From: Alphaproteobacteria bacterium
Lineage (GTDB): Bacteria; Pseudomonadota; Alphaproteobacteria; SP197
Assembly: GCA_964291415.2 (NCBI GenBank)
Contig: OZ219917.1
Span: 480,001 to 544,000, forward strand
Direction of reading: 5' to 3'
Length of the DNA: 64,000 nt
Shown here: piece after piece, positions 1 through 13,792 of the stretch
Position numbering within the stretch: position 1 is the first letter of the stretch
Layout: each line of letters begins with the position of its first letter
Notes under the pieces: generated by a model
What the model saw: only the letters and a program-made list of their open reading frames with translations
Told to the model about the DNA's origin: nothing
The model's database searches: none
Program-made: the position numbers and the translations under genes

Positions 1-2796
<2,796 letters not shown>

Positions 2797-2841
2797 TCAG
2801 GCCGGCGCTAGGCCCAGAGCTGATGTCCCGAAACCGATCAT
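2797..2841 (-). CDS. putative leuA leader peptide MIGFGTSALGLAPA
   Basis: 14-codon ORF with Leu codons CTG and the rare CTA close to the stop, upstream of leuA. Confidence 0.55.
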   Translation of the reverse strand: MIGFGTSALGLAPA

Positions 2842-2848
2842 GGCCTCT

Positions 2849-2877
2849 ACCTAGTGTTGTCGTTCGAAGGAGTCAAG
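2849..2877 (-). promoter_or_regulatory. sigma70-type promoter for the leuA leader
   Basis: CTTGAC-N17-CTAGGT resembles the alphaproteobacterial CTTGAC-N17-CTATAT consensus. Confidence 0.5.
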
Positions 2878-2935
2878 GCGTTGACGCCCACTCCGCGGGC
2901 CTGAACGCACCATCCGTCAACCGGGCCGGACAGGG

Positions 2936-3781
2936 TCAGCGTCGGTCCAGCATGTCCCTGATCTCGTCCATCTGTCGCTGCATGACCTCCATGCGCTGCA
3001 GCAGCGCCTGGACCCCGGCCTCGCTGACGGCATGGAAATCGTCCCGGAGCTCCACGGACTCGGCATGGCTCTGTTCGGTCATGGCATTGACGATCACGGC
3101 GATGAAGAGGTTGATGACGGCGAAGCTGGTCATCAGGATGAAGGGCACGAAGACCATCCAGGCACCCGGGTACTGCTCCATCACCGGACGGACAATGCCC
3201 ATGGACCAGCTTTCCAGGGTCATGATCTGGAACAACGAGTACATGCTGTCGCCGACCGTGCCGAACCAGTCCGGGAACGCCTGGCCGTATAGCTTGGTCA
3301 CCATCACGGCGAAGACGTAGTAGACCAGTGCCAGAAGGGCGAGCACGCTGGAAACGCCGGGAATCGCCGCCATCAGGGCCATGACCACCTTGCGCATCGA
3401 CGGCACGATGGCGACAAGCCGGAGGACGCGCAGGATGCGCAGCGCGCGCAGCACCGAGAGGTTGCCGCTCGCCGGCGCCAGGGCGATGCTGACGACCACG
3501 AAGTCGAAAACGTTCCAGCCGTTCGTGAAGTAGCGCCAGCCGAAGGCGAACAGCTTGGCGAGCAGTTCGATCACGAAGATGGCCAGCACGGCATCGTCGA
3601 GATGCCGCAACAGCGTCCCGGCGTGCTCCATCACGCCGGACGACGTTTCCAGGCCGAGGGTGACGGCGTTGAAGACGATGACCGCGGTGATCGCACGCGT
3701 GACTCCTCGGCTCTCCATGAAGACGCCGACCCTGCGGCGCACCCGGTTGAGCGGCGAATTCGGCGTCGGCAGTGCGGTCAC
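2936..3781 (-). CDS. bacterial voltage-gated sodium channel (BacNav/NaChBac family)
   Basis: Six hydrophobic segments; S3 GWNVFDFVVV; S4 LRALRILRVLRL; filter FQIMTLESWSM; S6 INLFIAVIVN; C-terminal coiled coil. GTG start chosen from the GGAGG RBS. Confidence 0.93.
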   Translation of the reverse strand: MTALPTPNSPLNRVRRRVGVFMESRGVTRAITAVIVFNAVTLGLETSSGVMEHAGTLLRHLDDAVLAIFVIELLAKLFAFGWRYFTNGWNVFDFVVVSIALAPASGNLSVLRALRILRVLRLVAIVPSMRKVVMALMAAIPGVSSVLALLALVYYVFAVMVTKLYGQAFPDWFGTVGDSMYSLFQIMTLESWSMGIVRPVMEQYPGAWMVFVPFILMTSFAVINLFIAVIVNAMTEQSHAESVELRDDFHAVSEAGVQALLQRMEVMQRQMDEIRDMLDRR

Positions 3782-4109
3782 GGCTTGTCCTCCAGAGGAA
3801 GATTGAGTTCGACAGGTGGGGTTGCGGGGTTCGAAAGGCAATCACGCTGCCAGGGCTGCCGGTTTCCGGGCCCGCTCTCCGGCAAAGTCATGTTGATGAC
3901 GTCCGCACGGACCACCGGCGCGTCCGTCAACGGCGCGGTGGCGCATCCGCCAACCGGCCCACGTCCTGATCAGGCTTTCCCGGTTGCATGAATTCCGTGT
4001 TGCGGGACCTTCTGGCTGTCTCGACGACGCAACCGGTCCCGCCAAGACCGGATGGCACGGCTCTCACCGGTCCTCCGCGGACACCGGGGATCCGCCGCGC
4101 GGACCCTGG

Positions 4110-5639
4110 TCATGCATGACACCTGTCGTCCTGCGCTTGCGGCTCAAGACAGTGACGGAATGCGCCGTCGGAGATGGCGGTGGCCACGGCAGCGAGCTCG
4201 CCGGTCATGCTGCGGTCGTCGTCAAGGGGCGGAACGATGAGGCGCAGTGCGTCGCGCAGAGATCCCGCAACGCGGGCATGGCGCGGCGGGTTGCGCAGAT
4301 CGAAGGCCTGGGCGGCCACGATGAGTTCGGCGGCGGCGATGCGGGTGAGATGACAGACGGCGTCCCGCGCCTGGCGGACCGCCACCCAGGTCATCGGCGC
4401 GTGATCCTCGACATTGTAGCTCGAACTGTCCAGCAGACTGGCCGGCGCACCGAGCAGGTGAATCTCCTTCGACAGGGTCTCCGACGTAAGGGACAGGAGG
4501 CCGAGACCGGCCCTCGTGGTGCCGTGGCGCGTCAGCCTGTCGGGCAGTCCGCTGAACTGGTTCTGCAGCAGGCGGCCGATGCGCTGCGCCGCCGTCGTCG
4601 CCGTCTGGGCCATGGCGAGTGTCAGGGCATCGAAGGCGACCGCCATGGCCGGGGTGTGGAAGTTGCCGGTGGACAGGATGTCGCCATCCGCCGCCAGCAC
4701 CAGGGGGTTGTCCCCGGCGCCGTTGAGTTCGACGGTGACGTTGGGTGTCGCGAAATCGATCGCGGCCCTCAGGCTGCCGTGGACATGGCTGACGCAACGC
4801 AGGCTGATCGGGTCCTGGACACGGCGGGGTTCCTCAGGACCGAAGAGCGCCGTTCCCTCGAGCTTGTTGCGCAGGCTCAGCGCCGCCCGCGCCTGACCCG
4901 GGGCGCCGCGGGCCATGACGACGCGGGGGTCGATGGGGCCGGGATTGGCGCGGAAGGCCTCGAAACCGAGAACGACGATCCCGTCCATCAGCTCCAGGAG
5001 ATGTTCCAGGTCGGCAATCACCAGGGCCGCCTGGCCGACGGACACGGCATTCGAGGAACACAGGGCAAGGCCTTCCTTCTCGTGCAGGTCAACCACGTCG
5101 ATGCCGGCGCGCGCCATGGCGTCGGCGCCGTCGAGGAGTGTTCCCCGGAACCAGGCGCGTCCTTCGCCGATGACGGGGAGTGCCATGTTGGCACACAGCG
5201 CCAGGTCCGAGGCGCCGATGGAGCCGATGCCGGGAACAAAGGGATGAACTCCCAATGAGAGCATCGCGCACAGTGTTTCAGCGATGAGCGGGCGTACTCC
5301 GGCCCCTCCCTGGGCCATTCCGGCGGCCCGCGAGAACATGGCGGCCCGCACGGTCTCCGCGGGAAGCGGCTCGCCGGCGCCGCAGGCCCTGGCGAGCACA
5401 ACGACCCGGCTGTAGTCTTCGCGGTCGGCGTGGTCCACCTCGTTCACCACGCGACCGCCAAGGCCTCGGGTGAGGCCGTAGACAGGCCTGTTGGAAGCGC
5501 TGAACCTCTCGACCACGGCACGGCTCTCTTCCATGCGTGATCGCGCCTCGCCGGCGATGCCGACCGGAGCGCCGCCACGGGCCACGGCCACCACGTCGTT
5601 GATTCCGAGAGGGTTCCCGCCCAGCATGATCGTCGTCAT
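4110..5639 (-). CDS. HAL/PAL-superfamily ammonia/amine lyase lacking the ASG MIO motif
   Basis: Motifs VYGLTRGLG, GSIGASDL, KEGLALCSSN, RVQDPISLRC, GDNPLV, STGNFH, NVEDH. Confidence 0.85.
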   Translation of the reverse strand: MTTIMLGGNPLGINDVVAVARGGAPVGIAGEARSRMEESRAVVERFSASNRPVYGLTRGLGGRVVNEVDHADREDYSRVVVLARACGAGEPLPAETVRAAMFSRAAGMAQGGAGVRPLIAETLCAMLSLGVHPFVPGIGSIGASDLALCANMALPVIGEGRAWFRGTLLDGADAMARAGIDVVDLHEKEGLALCSSNAVSVGQAALVIADLEHLLELMDGIVVLGFEAFRANPGPIDPRVVMARGAPGQARAALSLRNKLEGTALFGPEEPRRVQDPISLRCVSHVHGSLRAAIDFATPNVTVELNGAGDNPLVLAADGDILSTGNFHTPAMAVAFDALTLAMAQTATTAAQRIGRLLQNQFSGLPDRLTRHGTTRAGLGLLSLTSETLSKEIHLLGAPASLLDSSSYNVEDHAPMTWVAVRQARDAVCHLTRIAAAELIVAAQAFDLRNPPRHARVAGSLRDALRLIVPPLDDDRSMTGELAAVATAISDGAFRHCLEPQAQDDRCHA

Positions 5640-6034
5640 CGTCCGTTCTCCCGGTCGTGATGGGGCGTGCGCCCTTGAGCAAGGCATTCCGCGATGTCGT
5701 CGAGCGCCCGAGGAAGATCGGCAACGGTGTCGATCACGTGGCGGGCTCCGGTTTCATGGAGCGGCACAGGGCGGCCTTTGTCGATGCGACGATCGAGCCC
5801 GTCGAATTCGGCAGGCTTGATGTCGTGGCCATGAACGTGGCGCCTGGCAGCGGCGATGCGAGGCAGTCGTGCCAGAAACGCAACATGATGGCGCCTTTCG
5901 AGGCCCATGGGCTCCCTTGCCTCGCCTTCGCGAGTGGTGGTGCCACGATCGGTGAAGGCCTCCGCCGGTGCCCTGGAACCGAAGTCGGCCACGGTGCCGG
6001 ACCAGTCGAAGATGACCGCCTTGATCACGCCCAT
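5636..6034 (-). pseudogene. phnX: phosphonoacetaldehyde hydrolase remnant with an in-frame internal deletion
   Basis: N-terminus IKAVIFDWSGTVADFGSRAP...EAREPMG is joined to C-terminus GARHVIDTVADLPRALDDI...LAQGRTP. Only 132 aa, about half the normal length; central HAD motifs are missing. Confidence 0.7.
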
Positions 6035-6167
6035 GTCCTCCGGCCCGCATGCCTCGGGCCAACGTAGCCGGGACCCCGGCTCTCTCCAAGTCCCGGTATC
6101 CGGGCGGCGGGTTGCACAGGACAATCGGGCCGCCTTAGGGTGGTCTGGTTCAGGGGGAACGGCGCCC

Positions 6168-6884
6168 ATGTCGCGCGCGCGCTTTGCCAGTGACGGAAAG
6201 GGTGGTCTGACACGTCACGTGCCGATCAGGACTCCACGTCATGCGGCTCTGCTGGTGGTGGATGTGCAGGTCTACACGGTGACGCCGGGAGATGGCGAGT
6301 TCAGCGACTTCGACCCCTCGTGTATCCCGGATCATCTCGCCTACTACTTTGCCCGCCTTGAAGAGGTGACCCTGCCGGCGATCGCCCGTCTTCAGGAGGC
6401 GTCGAGGCGGATCGGCATGGAGGTGATGTACACCGTCGTCGAGGCCCTGACCGGCGACATGCGGGATCTTGGACTCGACTATCGCATCTCGGGTATCGGC
6501 GTGCCGAAAGGTTCGCCCTGGGCCGCCATTCCCGATGCCATCGCCCGCCGCGACGACGAGATTGTCATCCCGAAGACATCCTCGAATGTCTTCATGTCGA
6601 CGAACATCGACTACGTGCTGCGCGCTCTCGAGATCGAACAGATCGTGATCTGCGGCCTGCTGACCGACCAGTGTGTCGAATCGGCGGTGCGCGATGCCTG
6701 CGATCTCGGTTACCTGGTGACGGTGCCGGAAGATGCCTGCGCGACCATGAGCAGGGACCGGCACGAGCAGTCGCTTGGCATGTATTCGGGGTACTGCCGG
6801 ATCGTGACGAGCGGTGACGTCGTTGCCGAACTCGCCGGATTTCCCGCGACCGGCGAGGCCGGTCCGCGGGACGAGACAGCCTGA
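6168..6884 (+). CDS. isochorismatase-family cysteine hydrolase
   Basis: ALLVVDVQ, IPKTSSNVF, GLLTDQCVESAVRDACDLGY (Asp-Lys-Cys triad). Confidence 0.9.
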   Translation: MSRARFASDGKGGLTRHVPIRTPRHAALLVVDVQVYTVTPGDGEFSDFDPSCIPDHLAYYFARLEEVTLPAIARLQEASRRIGMEVMYTVVEALTGDMRDLGLDYRISGIGVPKGSPWAAIPDAIARRDDEIVIPKTSSNVFMSTNIDYVLRALEIEQIVICGLLTDQCVESAVRDACDLGYLVTVPEDACATMSRDRHEQSLGMYSGYCRIVTSGDVVAELAGFPATGEAGPRDETA

Positions 6885-6894
6885 GGAGACGCCC

Positions 6895-7497
6895 ATGGAA
6901 CGGATCATTGTCCCGCCATCAGAAGGTCGTGCAGTGCGTGTTGCCGCCGGCCAGTCCATCTCCGTCACGACACCGAAGGGCGGACAGGCGGCCGATTTCT
7001 TCGCCTACAACAGCGCCAATGTCGGCGAATGGCTGTCGCCACCGCACACATGGGTGACCACGTTCTCGCTCAAGCCGCGGCCGGGTGATGTCTTCCTGTC
7101 GCGATTCCGCCGGCCCATGCTGACGATGACCGGGGACACGGCCGACGGCGTCCACGACATGCTGCTCGCTGCCTGCGATCAGTTCCGTTACGAGTTCTTC
7201 GGCCATCGGGGTGTGCACGCCAGCTGTTCCGGGAACCTGGAGATCGCCATGCGCCGAGAGGGCTACGAGATCTCGGTCATACCCCAGCCGATCAACTTCT
7301 TCACCAATGTGCCGGTGGACGACGAAGGACGCCTGACGGCCCCGGCCAACCGGGTCAAGCCGGGCGCCGGCGTGACCATGGAGGCGTTGATGGATCTCAT
7401 CTGCGTGGTCTCCTCATGCCCCTTCGACATGCAGGCCGAAGGCTGGGAGATCAACGCCGGCAACCGGCCGACCGAACTCGAGATCGAGGTGACGTGA
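6895..7497 (+). CDS. DUF1989 (urea carboxylase-associated) family protein
   Basis: GGQAADFFAYN, GVHDMLLAACD, SCSGNL, PINFFTNVPV, DLICVVSSCP. Confidence 0.85.
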   Translation: MERIIVPPSEGRAVRVAAGQSISVTTPKGGQAADFFAYNSANVGEWLSPPHTWVTTFSLKPRPGDVFLSRFRRPMLTMTGDTADGVHDMLLAACDQFRYEFFGHRGVHASCSGNLEIAMRREGYEISVIPQPINFFTNVPVDDEGRLTAPANRVKPGAGVTMEALMDLICVVSSCPFDMQAEGWEINAGNRPTELEIEVT

Positions 7498-7509
7498 AAG
7501 CGCCGGTCG

Positions 7510-7974
7510 TCAGCGCTTGGAGAACTGGAAGCTGCGGCGCGCCTTGCGCTTGCCGTACTTCTTGCGCTCCACGACCCGTGGATCGCGCGTCAGGTAGCCG
7601 TTGGACTTGAGGGTCTTGCGCAGAACCGGTTCATGGAGCGCCAGCGCCTTCGAGATGCCATGACGCAGGGCGCCGGCCTGGCCTGACAGCCCGCCACCCT
7701 TCACCGTGCAGAAGACGTCATACTGATCGACGCGATCGGCAACATGGAAGGGGCGGCCAAGGATCAGCCGCCAGGTGCCGCGCGTGAAGTACTCCTCGAC
7801 GCTTCGGCCATTGACGATGATGCGTCCGACACCGGGCTTCAGCCAGACGCGGGCGATGGCGTTCTTGCGCTTGCCGGTGGCATAGGAGCGTCCCAGGGAA
7901 TCAATCTGGGGATCGGGAAGCTGGATCTCGGCTTCGGAAACGGCAGGTTCCTGGGTTTCGGCCACAATCGCCAT
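7510..7974 (-). CDS. rpsI: 30S ribosomal protein S9
   Basis: [28 protein letters not shown]-terminus RRSFQFSKR. Confidence 0.99.
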   Translation of the reverse strand: MAIVAETQEPAVSEAEIQLPDPQIDSLGRSYATGKRKNAIARVWLKPGVGRIIVNGRSVEEYFTRGTWRLILGRPFHVADRVDQYDVFCTVKGGGLSGQAGALRHGISKALALHEPVLRKTLKSNGYLTRDPRVVERKKYGKRKARRSFQFSKR

Positions 7975-7976
7975 GG

Positions 7977-8441
7977 TCAGGCAGCCCTTCTGTTCTTGGA
8001 ATTGCGCGCTGCCAGGTCGAGAACTTGAGGCTGCTGTGCTTCGTGGGGGTGATGTGGCCCGGCATACACCTTGAGTTTCTTCATGACCTGGCGGCCGAGC
8101 GGATTGCGGGAGATCATGCGCTCGACAGCCTTGATGATGACGCGCTCGGGGAAGGCCCCGTCAAGCCGTTCACCAAGGGTCTGGCCTCTGATGCCGCCCG
8201 GCCACCCGGTATGCCAGTAGAATGACTCTCCGGCCCGCTTGTTGCCCGTCAGGTGGACCTTCTCGGCGTTGATGACAATCACGAAATCCCCGCAGTCGAC
8301 ATGCGGCGAGAAGGTCGGCTTGTGCTTGCCCCGCAGGATATCGGCGATTTCGACAGCCATGCGTCCCAGGACAAGGTCCTCGGCATCAACCAGATACCAC
8401 GTGCGCTCGACTTCGCGCGGTTTGGCAACATACGTCTTCAT
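7977..8441 (-). CDS. rplM: 50S ribosomal protein L13
   Basis: [37 protein letters not shown]. Confidence 0.99.
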   Translation of the reverse strand: MKTYVAKPREVERTWYLVDAEDLVLGRMAVEIADILRGKHKPTFSPHVDCGDFVIVINAEKVHLTGNKRAGESFYWHTGWPGGIRGQTLGERLDGAFPERVIIKAVERMISRNPLGRQVMKKLKVYAGPHHPHEAQQPQVLDLAARNSKNRRAA

Positions 8442-8501
8442 GCTGGTTCCGAATGGCAGCCGGCCCGGCGCGACCGAGACGGTGCGCCCGAGGGAGCGCG
8501 G

Positions 8502-8530
8502 AACCTAGTCAACATGCCCGGCGGTGTCAA
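8502..8530 (-). promoter_or_regulatory. sigma70 promoter of rplM-rpsI
   Basis: TTGACA-N17-TAGGTT on the minus strand, about 60 nt upstream of rplM. Confidence 0.6.
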
Positions 8531-8598
8531 TGCCCGAATCCGGTTGTCATGGAGGCGCGCCATTGCCGGCGCGCATGCCGCTTGGCTACAGTGCAGCC

Positions 8599-9378
8599 AT
8601 GGACGAACCACTTCTCCTCAGCGCGCAGGACGGCCAGGTCGCGCGCCTGACACTCAATCGCCCGAAGCAGCGCAATGCGCTGAGCGTCGCATTGATGGCA
8701 GGGCTGCAGGACGAACTCGATCGCCTGGCGAGCCGGTCCGATGTGCATGTCGTCGTCATTGCCGCCAGGGGCAAGGCGTTCTGTGCCGGCCATGACCTGA
8801 AGGAGATCCGCGACCATCCGGGAGCCGACAACTACAACCGCCTATTCGATCAGTGCAGTCGTTTGATGTCGACCATCGTCAGGCTGCCCAAGCCGGTGAT
8901 TGCCAGTGTCGGCGGCATTGCGACGGCGGCAGGTTGCCAGCTGGTGGCAAGCTGCGATCTCGCGGTGGCCTCGGTGGAGGCGTCTTTCGCCACGCCTGGC
9001 GTCAACATCGGACTCTTCTGTTCCACGCCCATGGTGGCGCTGTCACGCAACGTGGGGCGCAAGAACGCCATGGAGATGCTGTTGACCGGCGATGTGATCG
9101 ATGCGGTGCGGGCACGGCAGATGGGCCTCGTCAACCGCGTTGTGGCGGCCGGCGATCTCGATTCCGCAACATCGCAGATGGCGCGAGACATCGCCTCGAA
9201 GTCTCCTTTGACCCTGGCTATCGGCAAGGAGGCCTTCTACCGCCAGCTGGAGATGCCGCTGGATGAGGCGTACGCCTACGCCAGCCGGGTGATGACCGAC
9301 AACATGCTCAAGCGGGACGCGAGGGAGGGAATTGACGCGTTCCTCGGCAAGCGCGCTCCCGAGTGGCATGGCGAGTGA
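8599..9378 (+). CDS. enoyl-CoA hydratase (ECHDC3-like)
   Basis: LTLNRPKQRNAL, FCAGHDLKE, ATAAGCQLVASCDL, FATPGVNIGLFCSTP. Confidence 0.92.
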   Translation: MDEPLLLSAQDGQVARLTLNRPKQRNALSVALMAGLQDELDRLASRSDVHVVVIAARGKAFCAGHDLKEIRDHPGADNYNRLFDQCSRLMSTIVRLPKPVIASVGGIATAAGCQLVASCDLAVASVEASFATPGVNIGLFCSTPMVALSRNVGRKNAMEMLLTGDVIDAVRARQMGLVNRVVAAGDLDSATSQMARDIASKSPLTLAIGKEAFYRQLEMPLDEAYAYASRVMTDNMLKRDAREGIDAFLGKRAPEWHGE

Positions 9379-9872
9379 TGGCCGGTCACGACCACTACAG
9401 CGACGAGGCGTTGCGCTCGATTCTTCGCCGCTGTCGCACCATCGCCATGGTTGGCGCCAGCGCGAACTGGGTGCGGCCGAGCTATTTCGCGATGAAATAC
9501 CTCCAGGGCAAGGGATATCGCATCATCCCGGTCAATCCGGTGGCCGCGGGCGAGACAGTGCTGGGTGAAACCGTGCTGGGGTCCCTCGACGAGCTCCAGG
9601 CGCCGGTTCCCATGGTCGACATCTTCCGCAATTCCCAGGCGGCCGGTGGCATTGTCGACGACATCATCAGGCTGCAGAACGACAAGCACATTCAGGTTGT
9701 CTGGATGCAGCTCGGGGTGCGCAACGATGCCGCAGCCCGAAGGGCCGAGGCCGCCGGTCTCGAGGTCGTCATGGACCGTTGTCCGAAGATCGAGTACGGA
9801 CGGCTTACCGGGGAACTCTCGTGGAGCGGCATCAATTCCGGGATCATCACGGCAAAGGTCCTGAGATTGTGA
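9378..9872 (+). CDS. CoA-binding protein (YccU-like)
   Basis: TIAMVGASAN, RIIPVNP, MVDIFRNS, VWMQLG, VVMDRCPKIEY; TGATG coupling to the upstream gene. Confidence 0.9.
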   Translation: MAGHDHYSDEALRSILRRCRTIAMVGASANWVRPSYFAMKYLQGKGYRIIPVNPVAAGETVLGETVLGSLDELQAPVPMVDIFRNSQAAGGIVDDIIRLQNDKHIQVVWMQLGVRNDAAARRAEAAGLEVVMDRCPKIEYGRLTGELSWSGINSGIITAKVLRL

Positions 9873-9930
9873 TCTTCTCCCGTTTCACGCGATGCCAGGG
9901 GGCGGGCGTACCGCACGAAAGGGACGAGGC

Positions 9931-11220
9931 ATGAACGACGGCGACCGCCGCTACGGCATGGAGACCCGTGCCGTTCACGCCGGGGCGCGACCCGACCCGG
10001 CAACCGGGGCAAGGCAGACGCCGGTCTACCAGACGACCAGCTACGTGTTCGACGACATCGACCACGCCGCCTCGCTCTTCAATCTCCAGACGTTCGGCTA
10101 TTTCTATTCGAGGCTGACCAATCCGACGGTGGCGGTCCTCGAGGAAAAGATCGCCAATCTCGAGGACGGCCGCGCCGCCGTCGCGTGCGCTTCGGGACAT
10201 GCGGCGCAGTTTCTTGCCTTCTTCACCCTGCTTGAGCCCGGTTCCCACATCGTTGCGTCACGCTATCTCTACGGCGGTTCCGTGACGCAGTTCACCAAGT
10301 CCTTCGCCCGGCTTGGCTGGCACGCCGACCTCGTCGACCCCAACGATCCGGATGTCGTGGAAGCGGCCATCCGTCGCGAGACCCGCGCCATCTTCGTCGA
10401 GGTGCTGGCCAATCCCGGCGGCATCGTCGTCGACCTCGAACCCCTGGTCGCGATTGCGCGCCGCCACCGGATTCCCCTTGTCGTCGACAACACTATGGCG
10501 ACACCGTGTCTCATCCAGCCCTTTCACTGGGGCGCTGATATCGTCATCCATTCGGCGACCAAGTTCATTGGCGGCCATGGCACGTCGATGGGAGGCGTCG
10601 TCGTCGAGTCGGGAGCGTTCGACTGGTTCGCCAGCGGCAAGTTCCCCGGCATGACGGAACCCGAAGAGGCCTATCACGGTCTCACCTTTGCCGAGACATT
10701 CGGCGATTTCGGATTCACCATGAAGGCGCGTGCCGTGGCTTTGAGGGATTTCGGTCCGTCGCTGTCGCCGGCCAACGCCTTCCATCTCATCACCGGATGC
10801 GAAACCCTGCCCCTTCGCATGCAGCGTCACTGTGACAACGCGCTTGAGGTTGCCCGCCACCTCGAGACCCACCCCAAGGTGGCCTGGGTCTCCTATGCCG
10901 GGTTGGAGTCGAGCCCGTGGCACGGTCTGGCGCGGAAGTACCTGAAGAACGGTTTCGGCAGCGTCTTCACCTTCGGACTGAAGGACGGCTTCGATGCCTG
11001 TACCCGCATGGTCGAGGCATCAGGCCTCTTCAGCCATCTTGCCAACATCGGTGACACGCGGAGCCTCGTCATTCACCCGGCGAGCACGACGCACCGCCAG
11101 CTCACGTCCGAACAGCGCGCCACCGCTGGAGCCGCCGACGATACCATCCGTCTCTCCATCGGAATCGAGACGGTCAGCGATCTGATCCGGGATCTCGACG
11201 AGGCCCTGGAAAAGGCCTGA
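9931..11220 (+). CDS. metY: O-acetylhomoserine aminocarboxypropyltransferase (sulfhydrylase)
   Basis: PVYQTTSYVF, YSRLTNPT, HSATKFIGGHG (PLP Lys), HLANIGDTRSLVIHPASTTH. Confidence 0.9.
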   Translation: MNDGDRRYGMETRAVHAGARPDPATGARQTPVYQTTSYVFDDIDHAASLFNLQTFGYFYSRLTNPTVAVLEEKIANLEDGRAAVACASGHAAQFLAFFTLLEPGSHIVASRYLYGGSVTQFTKSFARLGWHADLVDPNDPDVVEAAIRRETRAIFVEVLANPGGIVVDLEPLVAIARRHRIPLVVDNTMATPCLIQPFHWGADIVIHSATKFIGGHGTSMGGVVVESGAFDWFASGKFPGMTEPEEAYHGLTFAETFGDFGFTMKARAVALRDFGPSLSPANAFHLITGCETLPLRMQRHCDNALEVARHLETHPKVAWVSYAGLESSPWHGLARKYLKNGFGSVFTFGLKDGFDACTRMVEASGLFSHLANIGDTRSLVIHPASTTHRQLTSEQRATAGAADDTIRLSIGIETVSDLIRDLDEALEKA

Positions 11221-11234
11221 CCGTCAGGTTGCAA

Positions 11235-11741
11235 CTACCTGCACATTCCCCGGGATCCTTCGGCGCACACCTTCGCCCCGTCCGTCCACGTGGCTCCGGA
11301 CAGGGTGGCGCCGGTGAAATCGACATCCCTGAGAACGGCTCCGGTCAGGTCGACACCGGTCAGGTCGGCGAAGAGGAACTTGGTGTCGCGGACCTCGACG
11401 TGGCGCATGGAAGCACCCGAAAGGTCCGCCCTGTCGAAGCGTGCGCCGGTCAGCTTGGCACCGTCGAATGTGGCGCCGGAAAGGTCCGATTCGACGAAGC
11501 GCACGCGGTAGCCGTCAATGCGCGAAAAATCGGCATTGCGGAGATTGGCGTTGCTGAGCGATGCGCCGCGCAGGTTGCCACCGGCGACAACGGCTCCGGG
11601 GAAGTCGATTCCGGAGAGGTTGCAGCTGCGCCAGTCGACGTTCTCTTTCGGAAGGTCGTTGCACCCGGCCTCGGCCACACTCCCCCCGACCACCGCCAGA
11701 AGGGCAATGACTGGTATGAGGGAAAGTGTGCGGCCGGCCAT
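11235..11741 (-). CDS. secreted pentapeptide-repeat protein
   Basis: Signal peptide; A(D/N)LxG repeats; C-terminus GATWTDGAKVCAEGSRGMC. Confidence 0.85.
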   Translation of the reverse strand: MAGRTLSLIPVIALLAVVGGSVAEAGCNDLPKENVDWRSCNLSGIDFPGAVVAGGNLRGASLSNANLRNADFSRIDGYRVRFVESDLSGATFDGAKLTGARFDRADLSGASMRHVEVRDTKFLFADLTGVDLTGAVLRDVDFTGATLSGATWTDGAKVCAEGSRGMCR

Positions 11742-11793
11742 CCTGGAACCCGGTCTCCCGGGCACGTCAGACGTGCCCGGGAAGGCCCACTTC

Positions 11794-13206
11794 CTAAATG
11801 CTGTAGTACATGTCGAACTCGATGGGATGGGTGGTGGTTTCGAAGGCCATCACCTCTTCCCACTTGAGCTCGAGATAGCCGTTGATGAGGTCGTCGTTGA
11901 AGACCTCACCCCTCTTGAGGAAGTCGTTGTCCTCCTCGAGGGCGTTCAACGCCTCGCGCAGGCTGCCCGCCACCGTCGGCACGTCCTTCAGTTCCTCGGG
12001 CGGCAGATCGTAGAGATTCTTGTCCATCGCATCACCTGGATGGATGCGGTTCTCGATGCCGTCGAGGCCGGCCATCAGCATGGCCGAAAAGGCAAAATAG
12101 GGATTGGCGGTCGGATCGGGGAAACGAATCTCGACACGCTTGGCCTTCGGTGAGGTGGCGTAGGGAATGCGGCAGGATGCCGAACGGTTCCGCGAACTGT
12201 AGGCGAGCAGCACCGGCGCCTCGTAACCCGGGACCAGTCTCTTGTAGCTGTTGGTCGAGGCATTGGTGAACGCGTTGAGCGCCTTGGCATGGCGGATGAT
12301 GCCACCGATGTAGTAGAGCGCCATGTCGGAGAGATCCGCATACCGGTTACCGGCGAAGAGAGGCTCTCCGTCCATCCAGATGGACTGGTGCACATGCATG
12401 CCGGAGCCGTTGTCGTACATCACCGGCTTGGGCATGAAGGTCGCCGTCTTGCCGTAGCTGTGGGCGACCCGGTGGACGACGTACTTGTAGGCCTGCACGT
12501 GGTCGGCGCAGGTCAGCAACGAACCGAATGTCATGCCGAGTTCGTGCTGTGCCGGCGCCACCTCGTGGTGATGCTTGTCGATGGGAAGGCCCATTTCGGC
12601 CATGGTCGACAACATCTCGGAGCGCATGTCGCTCAGTGAATCGACCGGTGGAACGGGGAAGTAGCCGCCTTTCTGGCGTGGCCGGTGGGCGAGGTTGCCC
12701 GTGCCTTCGTACTCGGTGTTGTCGTTGTAGGGCCCTTCTTCCGAATCGATTTCGTAGCCCATGACGTGGGATTCGGTGGAAAAGCGCACGCTGTCGAAGA
12801 CGAAGAACTCGAGCTCGGGCCCGAAGAAGGCCGTGTCGCCGATGCCGGTGTACTGCAGATAGGCTTCCGCCCGCCTGGCCAGCGAGCGCGGGTCGCGCTC
12901 ATAGTCCTGCCCTGTCGACGGTTCGTGGATGTCACAGTTCAGGATGAGTGTGGGCTGTGACTCGAAGGGATCCAGAACCATGGTGCTCGGATCCGGAATG
13001 AGGGTCATGTCTGATTCGTTGATGGCCTTCCAGCCCGCGATGGAGGAGCCGTCAAACATGACACCGTCGGTGAACATGTCCTCGTCGACCATGCGTCTGG
13101 ACAGCGTAAGATGCTGCCACTTGCCCCTTGGGTCGGTGAACCGGAGGTCGACATAGGGAATGTCGTCATCGTTGATACGCTTGAGAACACTTTCAGCATC
13201 TGACAT
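11794..13206 (-). CDS. glnA: type I glutamine synthetase
   Basis: [45 protein letters not shown], adenylylation site DKNLYDLP. Confidence 0.99.
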   Translation of the reverse strand: MSDAESVLKRINDDDIPYVDLRFTDPRGKWQHLTLSRRMVDEDMFTDGVMFDGSSIAGWKAINESDMTLIPDPSTMVLDPFESQPTLILNCDIHEPSTGQDYERDPRSLARRAEAYLQYTGIGDTAFFGPELEFFVFDSVRFSTESHVMGYEIDSEEGPYNDNTEYEGTGNLAHRPRQKGGYFPVPPVDSLSDMRSEMLSTMAEMGLPIDKHHHEVAPAQHELGMTFGSLLTCADHVQAYKYVVHRVAHSYGKTATFMPKPVMYDNGSGMHVHQSIWMDGEPLFAGNRYADLSDMALYYIGGIIRHAKALNAFTNASTNSYKRLVPGYEAPVLLAYSSRNRSASCRIPYATSPKAKRVEIRFPDPTANPYFAFSAMLMAGLDGIENRIHPGDAMDKNLYDLPPEELKDVPTVAGSLREALNALEEDNDFLKRGEVFNDDLINGYLELKWEEVMAFETTTHPIEFDMYYSI

Positions 13207-13250
13207 GTCAGGGTCCTTCCCGGGTGTCTGTTGGAGAGTCGGGCGTGGTT

Positions 13251-13745
<495 letters not shown>

Positions 13746-13792
13746 TCACAGGGAAATCGGAGAAATGGTCCATTCGGACCGGCGGAGGCGAC

